Shown here: positions 13,571-27,858 of the stretch, one piece after another | Position numbering within the stretch: position 1 is the first letter of the stretch | Layout of the letters: each line of letters starts with the position of its first letter | Assembly (NCBI GenBank): GCA_964016885.1 | Contig: OZ024740.1 | Span: 172,484,001-172,548,000 of the forward strand | Reading direction: 5' to 3' | From: Eledone cirrhosa | Lineage: Eukaryota | Length of the DNA stretch: 64,000 nucleotides | Made by a program: the position numbers and the translations under genes | The notes under the pieces: generated by a model | Seen by the model: only the letters and a program-made list of their open reading frames with translations | Database searches by the model: none | What the model was told of the DNA's origin: nothing

Positions 13571-13613
13571 GTCACTGAAGAGGTCACAGAGTGTGTGACG
13601 AAAGAACTATGAC
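13571..13613 (+). ncRNA. Type I hammerhead ribozyme motif, family A (PLE terminus)
   Basis: GTCA-CTGAAGA-g-GTCACA(gagtg)TGTGAC-GAAA-G(aa)C-TA-TGAC: stems I and II, minimal stem III, both core boxes. Confidence 0.8.
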
Positions 13614-13827
13614 AATATATAAACAACTATCTGGTTGTGGAACCAACCAACCAACCAGAAATTTATAAATTTATAAATTTATTATAAATTTATTATAATA
13701 ATAAATTGAAGTGAAAGCAACTGGTGCGTGTGTTTCTTATTGGCAACATGACCCTCCCAAAGTATAACAATATCGGTTTCAACACACGATTTCAGATAAA
13801 GAATCTTGCTAAACAAATTCAGAAACG

Positions 13828-13884
<57 letters not shown>

Positions 13885-14090
13885 TTCTTATATTTTATGT
13901 AAATCCAATTACTTTTTTATTCGCCAGTTTGAGGCAACTAATCTTCATTTAGTATATATAATATGAAACAGCCTGATATATAATATAAAAAACCAACCAT
14001 ATATCATTATTTTGGCAGTCTCAGCGTCATCAGATACTGGCTTCAGAGAACTTCCGCCAATATTTTCTCTCTCTCTCTTTCTTTCTCTCT

Positions 14091-14224
<134 letters not shown>

Positions 14225-15656
14225 CTTCTTTGAAACATTAGTCAATACATAAATTAATATATAAAATAAAGTAATTACTTCAAAAATGCTAAGAAATGTG
14301 TCGTATCTCTTCCATACGTGATACATTAATTACATAGAACTGTACAATCAATCCACTATCGACGAAATGGGTATAAAACAAATAGAACAAATTAAAAAAA
14401 AATTTCATCTTTCACAAAAGGGGAATTGTAATGATTGATTGGCTGGTTTTAAGTAAATTTCGTTGATCAGTTTTCTTTTATAGTGCGTCTTATCGTGTTT
14501 ACTCTCTGTACTGTCTATTTTAACATACATATAGGTTGTCGTATGATGTGCAGTGTTGAAGTCGGGATATGTTTGTAAACATATTTGTATATGCCTATTG
14601 TTGTTAGTGTTGCTGTTGATGCTGCGGTTTTTGTTGACGTTGTGGTGGCTGGTGGTATTCTCCATTTGTTTTTGTTTTTTTCTTGTTTTGTTTTTTCGTT
14701 TACTAATTTCCAGTCACCTGAAGAGCTAGACGTGTATACGGCTTGCAACCGCTGGTAATTCAGAAAAACTTTTTATAAAAATAGTTTCAACCTCCACATT
14801 ATGTGTTTATTGCTCTTTTCTTTCCTGTGTACCAACACCTATATATTTACCAGAAAATGCAATTACCAAGCACGAATAGACAAATTCATCGTTACCTCGT
14901 CAGCCACCTGTGCAGTTTCGTGCAATAAGGTGTTACTACACTTTTAATGCCAGTTTGCTCGACACGTCGGAGCCCGCTCTTTCTATGTGAAGCATGTGAG
15001 TCGATTACAAAACAAAGAATAGACAGGAATATTTACGAGTGTCTTTCAACCAAAGATGATAAATATGCAAACATTTTCTACTAGAATTAAATGGACAATG
15101 GATTATGCATGTAAATGTGCAACACAAGACACCAGAAGCTGGGAAACATTGACTTTTGTCGATGAAATATGGAGCGAAGAAATTATGCCAGTTGCCCATC
15201 AGTGGTACTGGCCGAAGGGCTAAATCAATGGCCTAACGACAGGAAGAAGTAGTCTGCTTCCCAACCAAGTGATATGTGTGTGTTGTGCGGTAAATAAATA
15301 TATACATAAACACCAGATCCGAATACAAAGGAACCAAACACCTACTGTCACTGCCTCCGTCTCTCCCGCTCTCCCCAATTCTCACTATTATGAGCAAATG
15401 GGGGCCTGCGTGCTGGCCGCCCGGTGGCCCCGGCGTACTGAAGAGTTTACCACTGGAAGATAGTCATGTTGCCTGGCTTTTTGCCATCACCTCGGTCCAG
15501 CCCTGCCGGCTCGAGCTTGGAGGAGAAGCCTAGAGCAGCCAAGCCATACTTTATGACCTCGTTGAGAGCAGCATGGCATGGAAGGCGCCAGCACTGTAGC
15601 GACAGGGCAGCGGGTGGCGAGGCAAATAATGGACAGTGAGAGAAGAACAGAGGAAG

Positions 15657-15727
<71 letters not shown>

Positions 15728-15825
15728 TGAAGAGCTAAAGAGCAATAGAGAAAGTCCAGGTCAAGCAAGTAAAAAGATAGTTTATCAAAATAAGTGCGTG
15801 TTGGCGTGGATATATATATATATAT

Positions 15826-16013
15826 TGTTTCTACTTTTGGCACAAAGCCAGCAATATACCAGTGCATTACTGGTACTTTATTTTTCTCGACCCCGTAAGG
15901 ATGAAAGGCAAAGTTAACCTCGGCGGGATTCGAACTAAGACTGTAAAGGGCTGTAACTCCATGCTGCAAAGCATCGCGTCCGGCCATCTATCGATACTGC
16001 CAATCCACTGCCC
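15826..16013 (-). mobile_element. Major tRNA-derived SINE, full length
   Basis: A box TGGCAGTATCG, B box GTTCGAATCC, consensus body and tail. Confidence 0.85.
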
Positions 16014-17049
16014 TTGTGAGTTTACAAGTATGAGGGAAAGGGCTCAATACCAAAGTAGAGAATATTATATATTTTTTTATAATATTGAGATTACTCTCTG
16101 TTGGTACTTTGAGTTTCGCGGATTGCTGCTGACCGCGCAACTGAGAATAATTTTTACATGGCACAGTATATGTGTCAAAAATAATGGGTGTGGCTAGTAT
16201 ACTGATAAACTAAATGGGACTGACAGATTTTTCTATAAAACTCCGTTTCCAGAAAATGGATGTCAAGATATTATGAAAAAGAAGATATGGTGTATTTATA
16301 CTGCAACCTACTTACACACTTACACATTCAAAACTACATACCTACATACCTACACATACATACATACATATTTGCACATGTATGTATATACTTGCATGCA
16401 AGCAAACACATCACCTTACACTTATCTACGTATACATATATACATTTGCTTGCACATATTCTCACACACACAAAGAATATGTATCAAATATAGACATACA
16501 TACACACACACACACACACACATGCCCCATCCAATTTTTTGTTGTATCGCATTGTAGGCTAAGCAGGATGTGCCAAATATTACGTTTGTTTTTGGATTGA
16601 GTTGAGTGATAATGGTTTAAGGGTGATATAATACTTTCTTGGGATGTTCTAGATATATCTTGATGGGGTTCTTTTTTTTAGATGGTTGGCTCGGGGCACT
16701 TTGCACAGAGTGGGTTGTAGCTGTTAGGTTTAGAACTAGTTGCAGTAGCATGTTTTGCATCTCACAGACCCAAGATCTTTATGTGGAGGTGTGGTCTATG
16801 TGTAGCTAAAAAGATTTCTGGAACAAAGAAACAATAAACTGATAACAGCAACAATAGTATAACAACTTAATTAATGTTTCGTTGTAAGGTAGAAAGAAAT
16901 CACTATGGGCATTGTGTTTGTAAGGACCTATAACTCCCGAAAGAATCGTAGGGGCGCCGTTGTAAAATACCGCGTGTTGTGGGTACTTTAAACCTTGTTG
17001 AACACAAACTTCTCCAAGTCTGTACACTTTTGGTTTCGCCCAGAGAGAG

Positions 17050-17107
<58 letters not shown>

Positions 17108-18196
17108 GGGGGGAATCTACACCAGTACTGGACTGGTACTATTTTATCGACTCCGAAAGAAAGGCAAAGTTGACTTCGATGGAATTTGAATTCAGAGAAC
17201 GCAGAAAGTCGGAACGAATACTGTAATGGATTACATCTGGCTCTACCAATTCGCCGCCTACTACGGGTATTTGGGTGTTGAAGATCCATTTCCACGTTGA
17301 CGTAGATGCTAACTTCGGATTACATTGGATTGAACATATACCATTTCAGGCGACCACATAAAGTGAGATGTTGTGTCCTTTGAAATTTACTTTAAAGAGA
17401 TTAAGGTCTCGGACAGGACTGGCATAACTTATGAACAATCTTGTATATTGTTTATACAGCATTGTTGTTGTTGATGTTGCAGTTGTTGTTGTCCCTTTGC
17501 AGCAACTATGGCGAATGGATAGAAATGCTATTTCTTATGGCTCTTTGCATTCTAAGTTCAAATCCCATCGTGCCCTACTTAGACAGTAGACCTAGTCCAT
17601 CGCATGGGTTAACATCTCTACGTGGCCCCTTGGTGTCTCCAGTGGGCCCCACTCTGTTATAAGCATTTTGATCCACGTTTTTTTTATTTAAGAATAACTT
17701 GTGCATTCTTCCCACCAATCTCGGAGACCCTGAAAAGTCCGAAAATGAATTAGGTTTGTACTCGTGTGTGAACTCAGTGTTGTTGCACATGGTTTAAATG
17801 TGATTACTGCCTTCTATGTTAGAAATGAAAGTTGTTGAGCTCTTGTATGTGTTACATTTACGTGGCGATTAGAATGGCGGGGGAGGCGGCTGCGACTGTG
17901 GTGGCGATGGCGGTGGTGATGGTGGTCGTGATGGTGATGGTGATGATGGTCGTGATGATGGTGGTGGTGGTGGTAGAGGTGGAGGTAATTGGGTTGGGTG
18001 TAGGATAAGGGGGGTGTAGTGGAGGCTACTATTGGTGGTGAGGCTATATAATATGTGGTCGGGTTGGTTGAGTTGATGACACATGCGGTAACTACAGAGT
18101 TAATAGCTGTGATGATGTAAGCAGCAGTGATCGTTGTTGTTTCTCTTATAAATGTCGTCATCGTTCTTCTTGTGGTCGTCTTTGTTATTATTGCTT

Positions 18197-18227
<31 letters not shown>

Positions 18228-19220
18228 CGGTGGTGGTGGTGGTGGTGATGGTGGTAATTGTGCAGGTGTTGATAATAACAGTGCTGCTGGTTGTTATAGT
18301 AGTAATATTGTGAATTATGATAATAGTAATGATAACGGTGGTAGTTGAGGTGACGTTGCGCTTGTTGGTTGTTTTATTGCTGGTAAACCAATGGCATTGG
18401 TGGCAGTGTTAATGTTGTTGCATTCCAGCCACGACCATCCTATTTTTATGGATGTCTAAGATTACATTATCTTGTACGCGAGCGTGTTTGTATGTGATTT
18501 ATGGTTGCTATTTCCAACAGGTTATGTGAGCACATAAATGTGTTCCTCTTGTCCCTCTTGTGTCCTCAGTTTTGTTTCAGGTCAAATTTGATAAAGCAGA
18601 TTTCTAATCAAAAGTCTTCTAGCCGTGACTCTTTCGTATTTTAACTATGTACTATACTTAACTTTGGACTATATCCAACTTGTCGTTTTCTAGGGCAAAG
18701 ATTTGAGCGATACAGAAAGCAAATATCCCAAATAGAGGCACCATTGTTGGTCTGTGTTAGAGCCGGTTGTTGTTCTTTTTTTACCCCAAGACAGCCCTGA
18801 TCAACCAGATCTGTGATCAACGTCATTTCAGCCCTCCTCATCTCATTGTTTTGGTGTGTAAGACACCTAGGAACGCCTCCCATATGTAGTTTTCTAACAT
18901 ATGTGATTTGAGCGACATTTTGCTGTTATTTTTAGCAGGTCGAGTGAACATCGAGAGACATCCTCGTTAGGTTGAATGTTACTGTTAGTTATGGTGGTGG
19001 TGATGGGGGGTACTTTAGTACTTTAGTGGTGTTAATGGTGTAGAATGGTGTAGATAATAGGCGGAGAGATGGTGAGTAATACACACACGCACATATATAC
19101 ACACACAAATAGATATATACACACATACAGCTTAAATGTACAAGCGCAACATGCACAACACATTCACACACACACACACACAATCAGAAATATTAACGAA
19201 TATCTAACTATGCAAACAAG

Positions 19221-19273
<53 letters not shown>

Positions 19274-20118
19274 TCACACAGAGAAAACACTCTTGCGGAG
19301 CCTTTTATACACTTGAAATATATATTATACATAATTAAATATGTAGCTAAACTCTTAAAAGCCTTTTGTTTCTCAAACATTCAACTACATCCCTCTTGAT
19401 GTGCAGATGTTATGTAAAAATCCAAAATAAATAAATTAAATAAATAAGTAAGCAAAAATACATTTAAAAAAGAAAACCACTCTTTTAACACGCCCCTGCA
19501 TTTAACCTCTGCTAGCCAGGTCAAAAAAATAGCCTCATCTACAGTCCCCCCTTCCCCCACAGAGTCCGTTTTACTGAGTAATCTCATGTAGGATAGTCAC
19601 GCGGCTTACGTGTTCTTTCTTTGTGGCCTAGACAACACCATTGACCTTTAACACCACCATACCCTAACACGAATAGAAAAGATTTTTACTACTTTTTTGT
19701 TTATGTTTGTGTGTGTGTACTTTATTTTTATATTGTTTTTATTTTGAAATTTTTGTTCAACCAATGGTATCACATAACAACTTGTTTCGTCTTGTTTTCT
19801 ATTTGTCTACACTTCTTCGCTTAATTATCAACTGGACAACAACGGCAACACACAAAAATAGAAAGAATAAATCAAACAAATAAAAATAAAGAATAAAAGA
19901 CGTAAACTATACTTTAATCTTAGTCAACCGACTGATGGAGTCACCTCTACAAGAATTAAAATAGTTTCACCCTTTTGATACCAAATCGCCTAAAACTGCC
20001 CTTGGTAGTACAATTCAAAGCTGTTTATTTTAAAGTGTTTATATTTATCTAAAAACCTTCTATGATAATTTGGTACAAGAACCTTTGCTAAAGTATGTTT
20101 CAAATACCAACGTAATAA

Positions 20119-20912
20119 TTGTTTCTTCTTTTGGCACAAGGCCAGCAAATACCCAGTACATTACTGGTACTTTATTTTATCGACCCCGTAAGGATGAAAG
20201 GCAAAGTTAATCTCGACGGGATTTGAACTCAGAATGGCAAGGGCCGTAACTCTATGCGTCAAAGCATGGCGTCCGACCCTCTACCGATACTGCCAGTCCA
20301 CCGCAACGTAATAATGATTTCTGATATAAGCACAAGGTCAGCAATTTGAAGGAGTGGAGGAAAGTCGATTAAATATACCCAGTGTGTTAGTTGTACTTTA
20401 TTTTATCGACCCCGTAAGAATGAAAGGCAAAGTTAACCTCGGCAGAATTTGAACTCAGTGCGCAAAGGGCCATAACTATGCTGCAAGGCATATTGCCCGA
20501 CGCTCTACTGATACTGCCAATCCACCACCCTCCAAACACCAACTTAATAATGGTTTCTTATATAGGCACAAGGCCAGCAATTTTGGGGGAGGGAAAAATC
20601 GATGAAATTGACGCCAGTGCGTGACTGGTACTTTATTTTACCGACCCCGTAAGGATGAAAGGCAAAGTTAACCTTGGCGGGATTTGAACTCAGATCATAA
20701 AGGGCCGTAAAAACATCAACTTAATAATTGTTTCTACTGTTGGCACAAGGCCAGCAATTACATAGTACATTACTGGTACTTTATTTTATCGACCCCGTAA
20801 GGATGAACGGTAAAGCTAACCTCGGCGGGATTTGAACTCAGAATGGCAAGGGCCGTAACTCCATGCGTCAAAGCTTGGCGTCCGACCCTCTACCGATACT
20901 GCCAATCCACCA
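20119..20912 (-). mobile_element. Head-to-tail array of four SINE copies
   Basis: Copies at ~20119-20305, 20313-20530, 20550-20712 and 20728-20912, each preceded by CAAC(G/T)TAATAAT. Confidence 0.85.
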
Positions 20913-22049
20913 ATAATAAAAAAGTTAGATGTATTATTTTTTTTTATTCGATCGACAAGTGTATTTTGGTATTTAGTTACGCTTTTCTACGCTCGTCGAG
21001 GTCAATTTTACCTGTCATTCATCCAGAATCGATAAAATACGTAACAAATTTATAATCTTGTACAAATTTATAATCAAGTACAAATTTATAATCTTGTATC
21101 TATATTATTAAACGTTTGATAGTATTTGAATTGAGAATCTAGGCGAACTAAACTAAACTTAGTAAACACACTAACACTTCCGTTGATTACCAATCCGGAC
21201 CACTTATTATGGTAATATAGGTAAAATTATTACAGTATCAAGTATCATTAAAATTCATTGAGTCCAAAAAGTTATTTTTATTTATATGTGTATTAGACCT
21301 TAACACACAGACATACACATCTGTACCTACGACTTATATAGAATTGTGTTTTAGATATTCTGATATTGTTGTTTTACTAAGTGATAGGTCTTTTAATAAA
21401 TACTAAATAGTGACGGAGAATAAGGGAAACGACAAGTTAATGCTTTCTCAAATGTATAGCTTTATAGTTAAGAAATTAACCTTGTAATGATGTGGTTTAT
21501 GGTCCGATCTGATTGGGTGGCAGCTTGCACAATACTTTCTACCATAGTCTCGGGCCGATCATAGTTTATAAGTGAAATCTTGGTTGACAGAAACAGTGTT
21601 GAAGTTTGTCGGATGAAGCGATTCTGTTTTAGCCCTTAGCTTCTTTAGAGGACTCCACCTGTTACATATATTCGAACAATGTTTCTGGACCTGGGAAAAC
21701 TTTCATTCTTCCTACCACCAGTCTCAGAGGCCCAGTGAAAAGAATCATAGGCGCTCCCCTTCCTCGTCAGACTTGGTCACTTATAAAAAAAAGGCCCCTA
21801 AACGGGAGGCTTTAGAATTGGAAGTGAAATGTCATTACAATTTTAGAATGTCGACACATTGGATAATGTATGTACGCATGATCCCGTAACTCCTGATGGA
21901 GTCGTGGGGGCCACCGTACTGACATACGGCGTTGCTAGGGCATTTTTAAAAACTTGGCGGGGCTCATATCCTCTCCAGGTCTGAATCCAGTAGATTTCGT
22001 CCATAGATATGGAGAGAGACAGAGATAGATAGATAGATAGATAGATAGA

Positions 22050-22117
<68 letters not shown>

Positions 22118-22722
22118 GAGAGAGAAAGAGATATAGAGGACGAATCACTACCAGTACTTGACAGGTACCTTTTTATCGACCTTGAATGGATGAAAGGTAA
22201 AAAAAAAAAAGAGGAATCACTGTTGGAATGCCTTTGAATATTGTTCTGCGCATTCTGGACTGATCCGGAGCTAAATAAGTAGAGAGGGTAACTTGGCAGA
22301 GTCGTTAAAGCGTCGGTCAAATGCCTAGCAGTATTTGTTCCAACCCTTTACATTCTGAATTCACATCCCGTTGTGATTAACTTTCTCTTTCATCCTTCCG
22401 AGGTTGATAAAGAACCAATCACGTTCTGGGGTAGATATTATAGACTTCCCCCACTCCCCCAAAGATTTCTGGCCTTAGAAATCAACAACAATAACAACAA
22501 CAGCAAAATGAACATTCTAGCAGTGTCATCTTCGTAGAAAAGGAGCGAAACAATTGCGATAACTGTCCTTAAGGTATAAATAGGTAGAACTGTGAAACTA
22601 TCAAAATATGTTGCAGAATTTGTTCAAGCTCTTTTCTCTTTACATTCTAATTTTCAAATCCCGCCGTAGTCAACTTTGCCGTTCCTTAACCGGGACTTGA
22701 TAAAATAAAGTACCTGTCCAGG

Positions 22723-22812
<90 letters not shown>

Positions 22813-23514
22813 ACACCCATACAAACATTTTAAGGGCATTTTTCCTGTTTTCCTGCTACAGCACTTAAATAGTTAAATAGTTAAACAGTTAAATAGTTAA
22901 ACTTGCAGGTTCTATGACAGGCTTGATCATAGTCATCATGGTGTCCTACTACATGATACTCTACCTGATTCCAACCTGTTTAACAATCTTTAACGACACA
23001 AAACAATACTGCGTACGTTTTCTAATCCTGCAGCACACAGTAAACTGGTAGAATTGGTAAAGCGTTTTACAAAATGGTTTGCGGTGTCAGTTCCAATACC
23101 CTACGTTCTAAATCCTCAGACTAATGTAGGCAATTTCTTTGTATCTAACAGACATGATGATATCTTGTAAAGAATAGCGAAAAGGATGGTAACACTAAAA
23201 CACTTTTGTATTTTTGACGCAATTACAATGACAAGCATATAAATAACACTTATCAGTGAAATCACCCAGGGGACTTTAGCCAAACTGATGACATAAGAAA
23301 AATATATAGGTACCAAGCAGGAGGCACAGAGCGGCACTTTTAATTGGCTGCAACGGTGATCGTTTTATTAGTTGGACTGCAGTTCCGGGTTCAATTCCTG
23401 ATACATACACACACATATATGATTAGCAAGGAAGGAGTGGTCGGCACTGAGACATCTGCATTTCGTCTGAGTGAAATAGTTTCTGATTTTCATAGTTTCG
23501 TCTGCAACGTTAGT

Positions 23515-26420
23515 AAAAACAACAAAAACAACAACGATAAAAACAACAACGACAACAACAACAACAACGACAAAAACAACAACGACAACAACGACAACAA
23601 CAACAACGACAACAACTGTAACAGCAGGAGCTGCAACAGCAACCAAAACAACAATAAGATCTCAACAATCTCCAAAATGTCCTAAACAAAATAATCAATA
23701 CCTTCAGAATTTATTTCACTATAACTGACGCCATCGCCATCGCCAACACCACCAACATCACCACCAGCACCACCAGCACCATCACCAGCACCAGCACCAG
23801 CACCAGCACCATCATCACCACCATCACCAGCACCATCACCAGCACCAGCACCAGCACCAACACCATCACCAGCACCACCAGCACTATCAGCACCACCAGC
23901 ACCATCACCATCACCATCACCAGCACCACCACCAACATCACCATCACCAACACCAACACCATCACCAGCACCATCACCATCACCATCACCAGCACCACCA
24001 CCAACATCACCAGCACCATCACCAACACCATCACCAACACCATCACCAGCATCACCAGCATCACCATCACCAGCACCAGCACCAGCACCACCAACACCAC
24101 CACCAACACCACCAGCACCACCAGCACCATCACCAACACCACCAACACCACCACCAACACCACCAGCACCACCAGCACCATCACCAACACCACCAACACC
24201 ATCACCAGCACCACCACCAACACCATCACCATCACCAGCACCAACACCACCAGCACCACCAACACCATCACCAGCACCATCAAAGCACCGACAACTGTAC
24301 CGTCATCAACATCACCATTATCAACATCATTTCACCACCAACCTCATAACCAACCCCACCACCGATACCATCATCAACATCACCATCACCATTGCCAATA
24401 TCAATATCATAACATCACCAACACCACTACTTCCACTACCACTAACACCATCACCAACACCCCCATCATTAATGGGTTTACAATTAACACCAGCCTAGCC
24501 GTTTCCAAAATAACACCCACCACCACTACCACCACCACCAACACCACCACCACTACCACCACGACTACCAGCACCACTACCACCACCACCACTACTACCA
24601 CCACTACCACCACCACTACCACCACCACCAACACCAACACCACTACCACCACGACTACCAGCACCACTACCACCACCACCACTACTACCACCACTACTAC
24701 CACCACTACCACCACCACCAACACCAACACCACCACCACTACCACCACCACTACCACCACCACCACTACTACCGCCACCACTACCACCAACACCACTACT
24801 ACCACCACTACCACCACCACCAACACCAACACCACCACCACCACCACTACCACCACTACTACCACCACCAACACCACCACCACTACCACCACCACCACCA
24901 TCACAACCAACACCACTCCCTCTACCATCGCCACCACCATCAATCACCATCACAACCAACACCACCCCCTCCACCATCGCCACCACCAGTCACCATCACA
25001 ACCAACACCACCCCATCCACCATCGCCACCGCCACCACCACCAGTCACCATCACAACCAACACCACCCCCCATCTACCATCGCCACCACCACCAGTCACG
25101 ATCACAACCCCCCCCCCTCCACCATCGCCACCACCACCAGTCACCATCACAACCAACACCACCCCCTCCACCATCGCCACCACCACCAGTCACCATCACA
25201 ACCAACACCACCCCCTCCACCATTGCCACCACCATCAATCACCATCGCAACCAACACCACCCTCTCCACCACCACCACCACCACCACCAGTCACCATCAC
25301 AACCAACACCAGCCCCTCCATCATCGCCACCACCACCAGTCACCATCACAACCAACACCACCACCACCACCACCACCACCACCACCACCACCACCAGTCA
25401 CCATCACAACCAACACCACCACCACCACCACCACCACCACCACCACCACCACCAGTCACCATCACAATCAACACCACCCCCTCCACCATCGCCACCACCA
25501 TCAATCACCATCACAACCAACACCATCAAATCCACCACCATCACCCCCTCCACATCACCACCACCACCAGTCACCATCACCTCCACCTCCACCACCATCA
25601 CTCCTCCCTCCACCATCTCCCCTCCACCACCACCACCAGTCACCATCACCACCACCATCACTCCTCCCTCCACCATCTCCCCTCCACCATCACCACCACC
25701 ACCTCCACCAACACCAACTCCGCCGCCAACACATCAACAACAACAACAACCATAACAAACATTACTATGACTATTTCTACAAGAGTGAACTCCACCACCA
25801 CCAGTCACCATCACCACCACCACCACCACCAGCCCTTCCACCACCACCACCACCACCACCAGCCCTTCCACCACCACCACCACCAGTCACGATCACCACC
25901 ACCACTACCACCACCACCACCACCAGTCACCATCACCATCACCACCACCACCACCACCATCACCCACTCCACCAGTCACCACCATCACCCCTCCCCCCAC
26001 CATCACCCACCCCACCAGTCACCATGACCACCACCACCAGTGGCCATCACCTCCACCACCATCACCCCTCCCACCACCACCACCACACCGCCACCGCCAC
26101 CACCAGTCACAACATAAACGTCGTCGAATTAACAGGAACATCATCAACGATATTTATTGGTTGAATGGCTGTTACGTATGAAGACAAAACGAGTGCAACA
26201 CCACCTCTCACACCACCTCCTACTCCCCCTCCTCCTCCTCCTCCTCCTCCTCCTCCTCCTCCTCCTCCTCCTCCTCCTCCTTATCATCATCATCATCATC
26301 ATCATCATCTTCTTCTTCTGTTACGACGACGACAACAACAACAACAACTACTACAGACGCTGCTGCTGCTGCTGCTGCTGTTGCTGTTATTGCTACTAGT
26401 GCTGCAGCTACTTCTACTGT
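23515..26420. repeat. Long trinucleotide low-complexity tract (CAC/CAT/CAA/CAG/CTA) with higher-order units
   Basis: In-phase triplet variants; recurring ~50 bp unit CCACCAGTCACCATCACAACCAACACCACCCCCTCCACCATCG at 24.9-25.5 kb. Confidence 0.9.
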
Positions 26421-26511
26421 TGAATATATATGTATTTTGTATGTACATGTGTGTGTGTGTGAACGTGTGCGTGTGCGTGTGTGTGTGTGTGCCGGTGTGC
26501 GTATATGTGGG

Positions 26512-26543
<32 letters not shown>

Positions 26544-26599
26544 GACACCCACATACATGCACACTCGCGCCTACACACACACGCTTACGAACACGGACA

Positions 26600-26657
26600 C
26601 ACACATGTTCATACAAAATACATGCATACATACATGCATGCATACATACATACATCC

Positions 26658-26716
<59 letters not shown>

Positions 26717-27210
26717 CACACACATACATACATACACACACATACATAATACATATATACATACATACACACGTGCATACACATACACACATACATACAC
26801 ACACACATACATACATACACACATACAGCCCTACATACATATATATACATACACACATACATGCACACATACATACACACATACATACACACATACACAC
26901 ATACATACATACATACATACATACACACACACATACACAGATACATACATACAACCCTACAGACATACACACATACACATACACATACATACATACACAC
27001 ATACATACATACAACCCTACATATATACATACATACACACATACATACACACATACACACATACACACATACATACACACATACACATATACATACACAC
27101 ATACACACATACATACACACATACATACAACCCTACAGACATACATACAACCCTACAGATATACACACATACATACACACATACATACATACAACCCTAC
27201 AGACGTGCAC
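26600..27210. repeat. (CATA)/(CA) tract with recurring ACAACCCTACAG motif
   Basis: Direct reading. Confidence 0.85.
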
Positions 27211-27478
27211 ATACTTACACTGACTGGATTACACACTAGATGTCTACCCTCAGTTGATCGTTTGATAACACACCTCACTTCACTCCCACATCACACCAAC
27301 TTAGAGCTTAAAATCTGTGTGACGTCACATTAAAGATGACCAATCATCGACGTCCTGCCTACGATTGCTACCCTAAAATTATTAACGCGCGTGAAAAATT
27401 GAAGCCCAAAATAGAAAGAAAGAAAGAAAGAAAGAGACAAAGAAATAAAATAAACAAACACAGAGAAAGGGAGAGAGA

Positions 27479-27538
<60 letters not shown>

Positions 27539-27657
27539 ATTATGTATATAAAAAAAAGAAAGAATGAAAGAAAGGAAGAAAAATAGCGAAACAGAGAGAA
27601 AAGGGGTGAGAGAAAGAAAGTGAAAGGAAAAAGAATGAAAGAAATAAAGAGAGAGAG

Positions 27658-27736
<79 letters not shown>

Positions 27737-27858
27737 GAGAATACATAACATTAACTATTTTCTGAAGTATAAGGTCAATTTCTAAAGACGAATATAACAC
27801 AGCATATTACTGGTATTAATTTTGTTATCGACAGCCTGGGAGGAAACTTTATGATAAA

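Larger units (their letters stand above)
10664..13832 (+). mobile_element. Penelope-like element, 5'-truncated inverted copy
   Basis: Near-identical reverse complement of 6527-9648; 3' end runs ~85 nt into a repeat of the ORF start, then (TA)n. Confidence 0.92.

Noticed and set aside
20119-20912. CRISPR-like array
   Set aside because: Units are ~190 bp SINEs in eukaryotic DNA, with no cas genes.
23711-27333. Long Val-, Gly-, Pro- and His/Thr/Tyr-rich ORFs as structural proteins
   Set aside because: Open in several frames and strands because the repeats lack stops; no splice or domain evidence.
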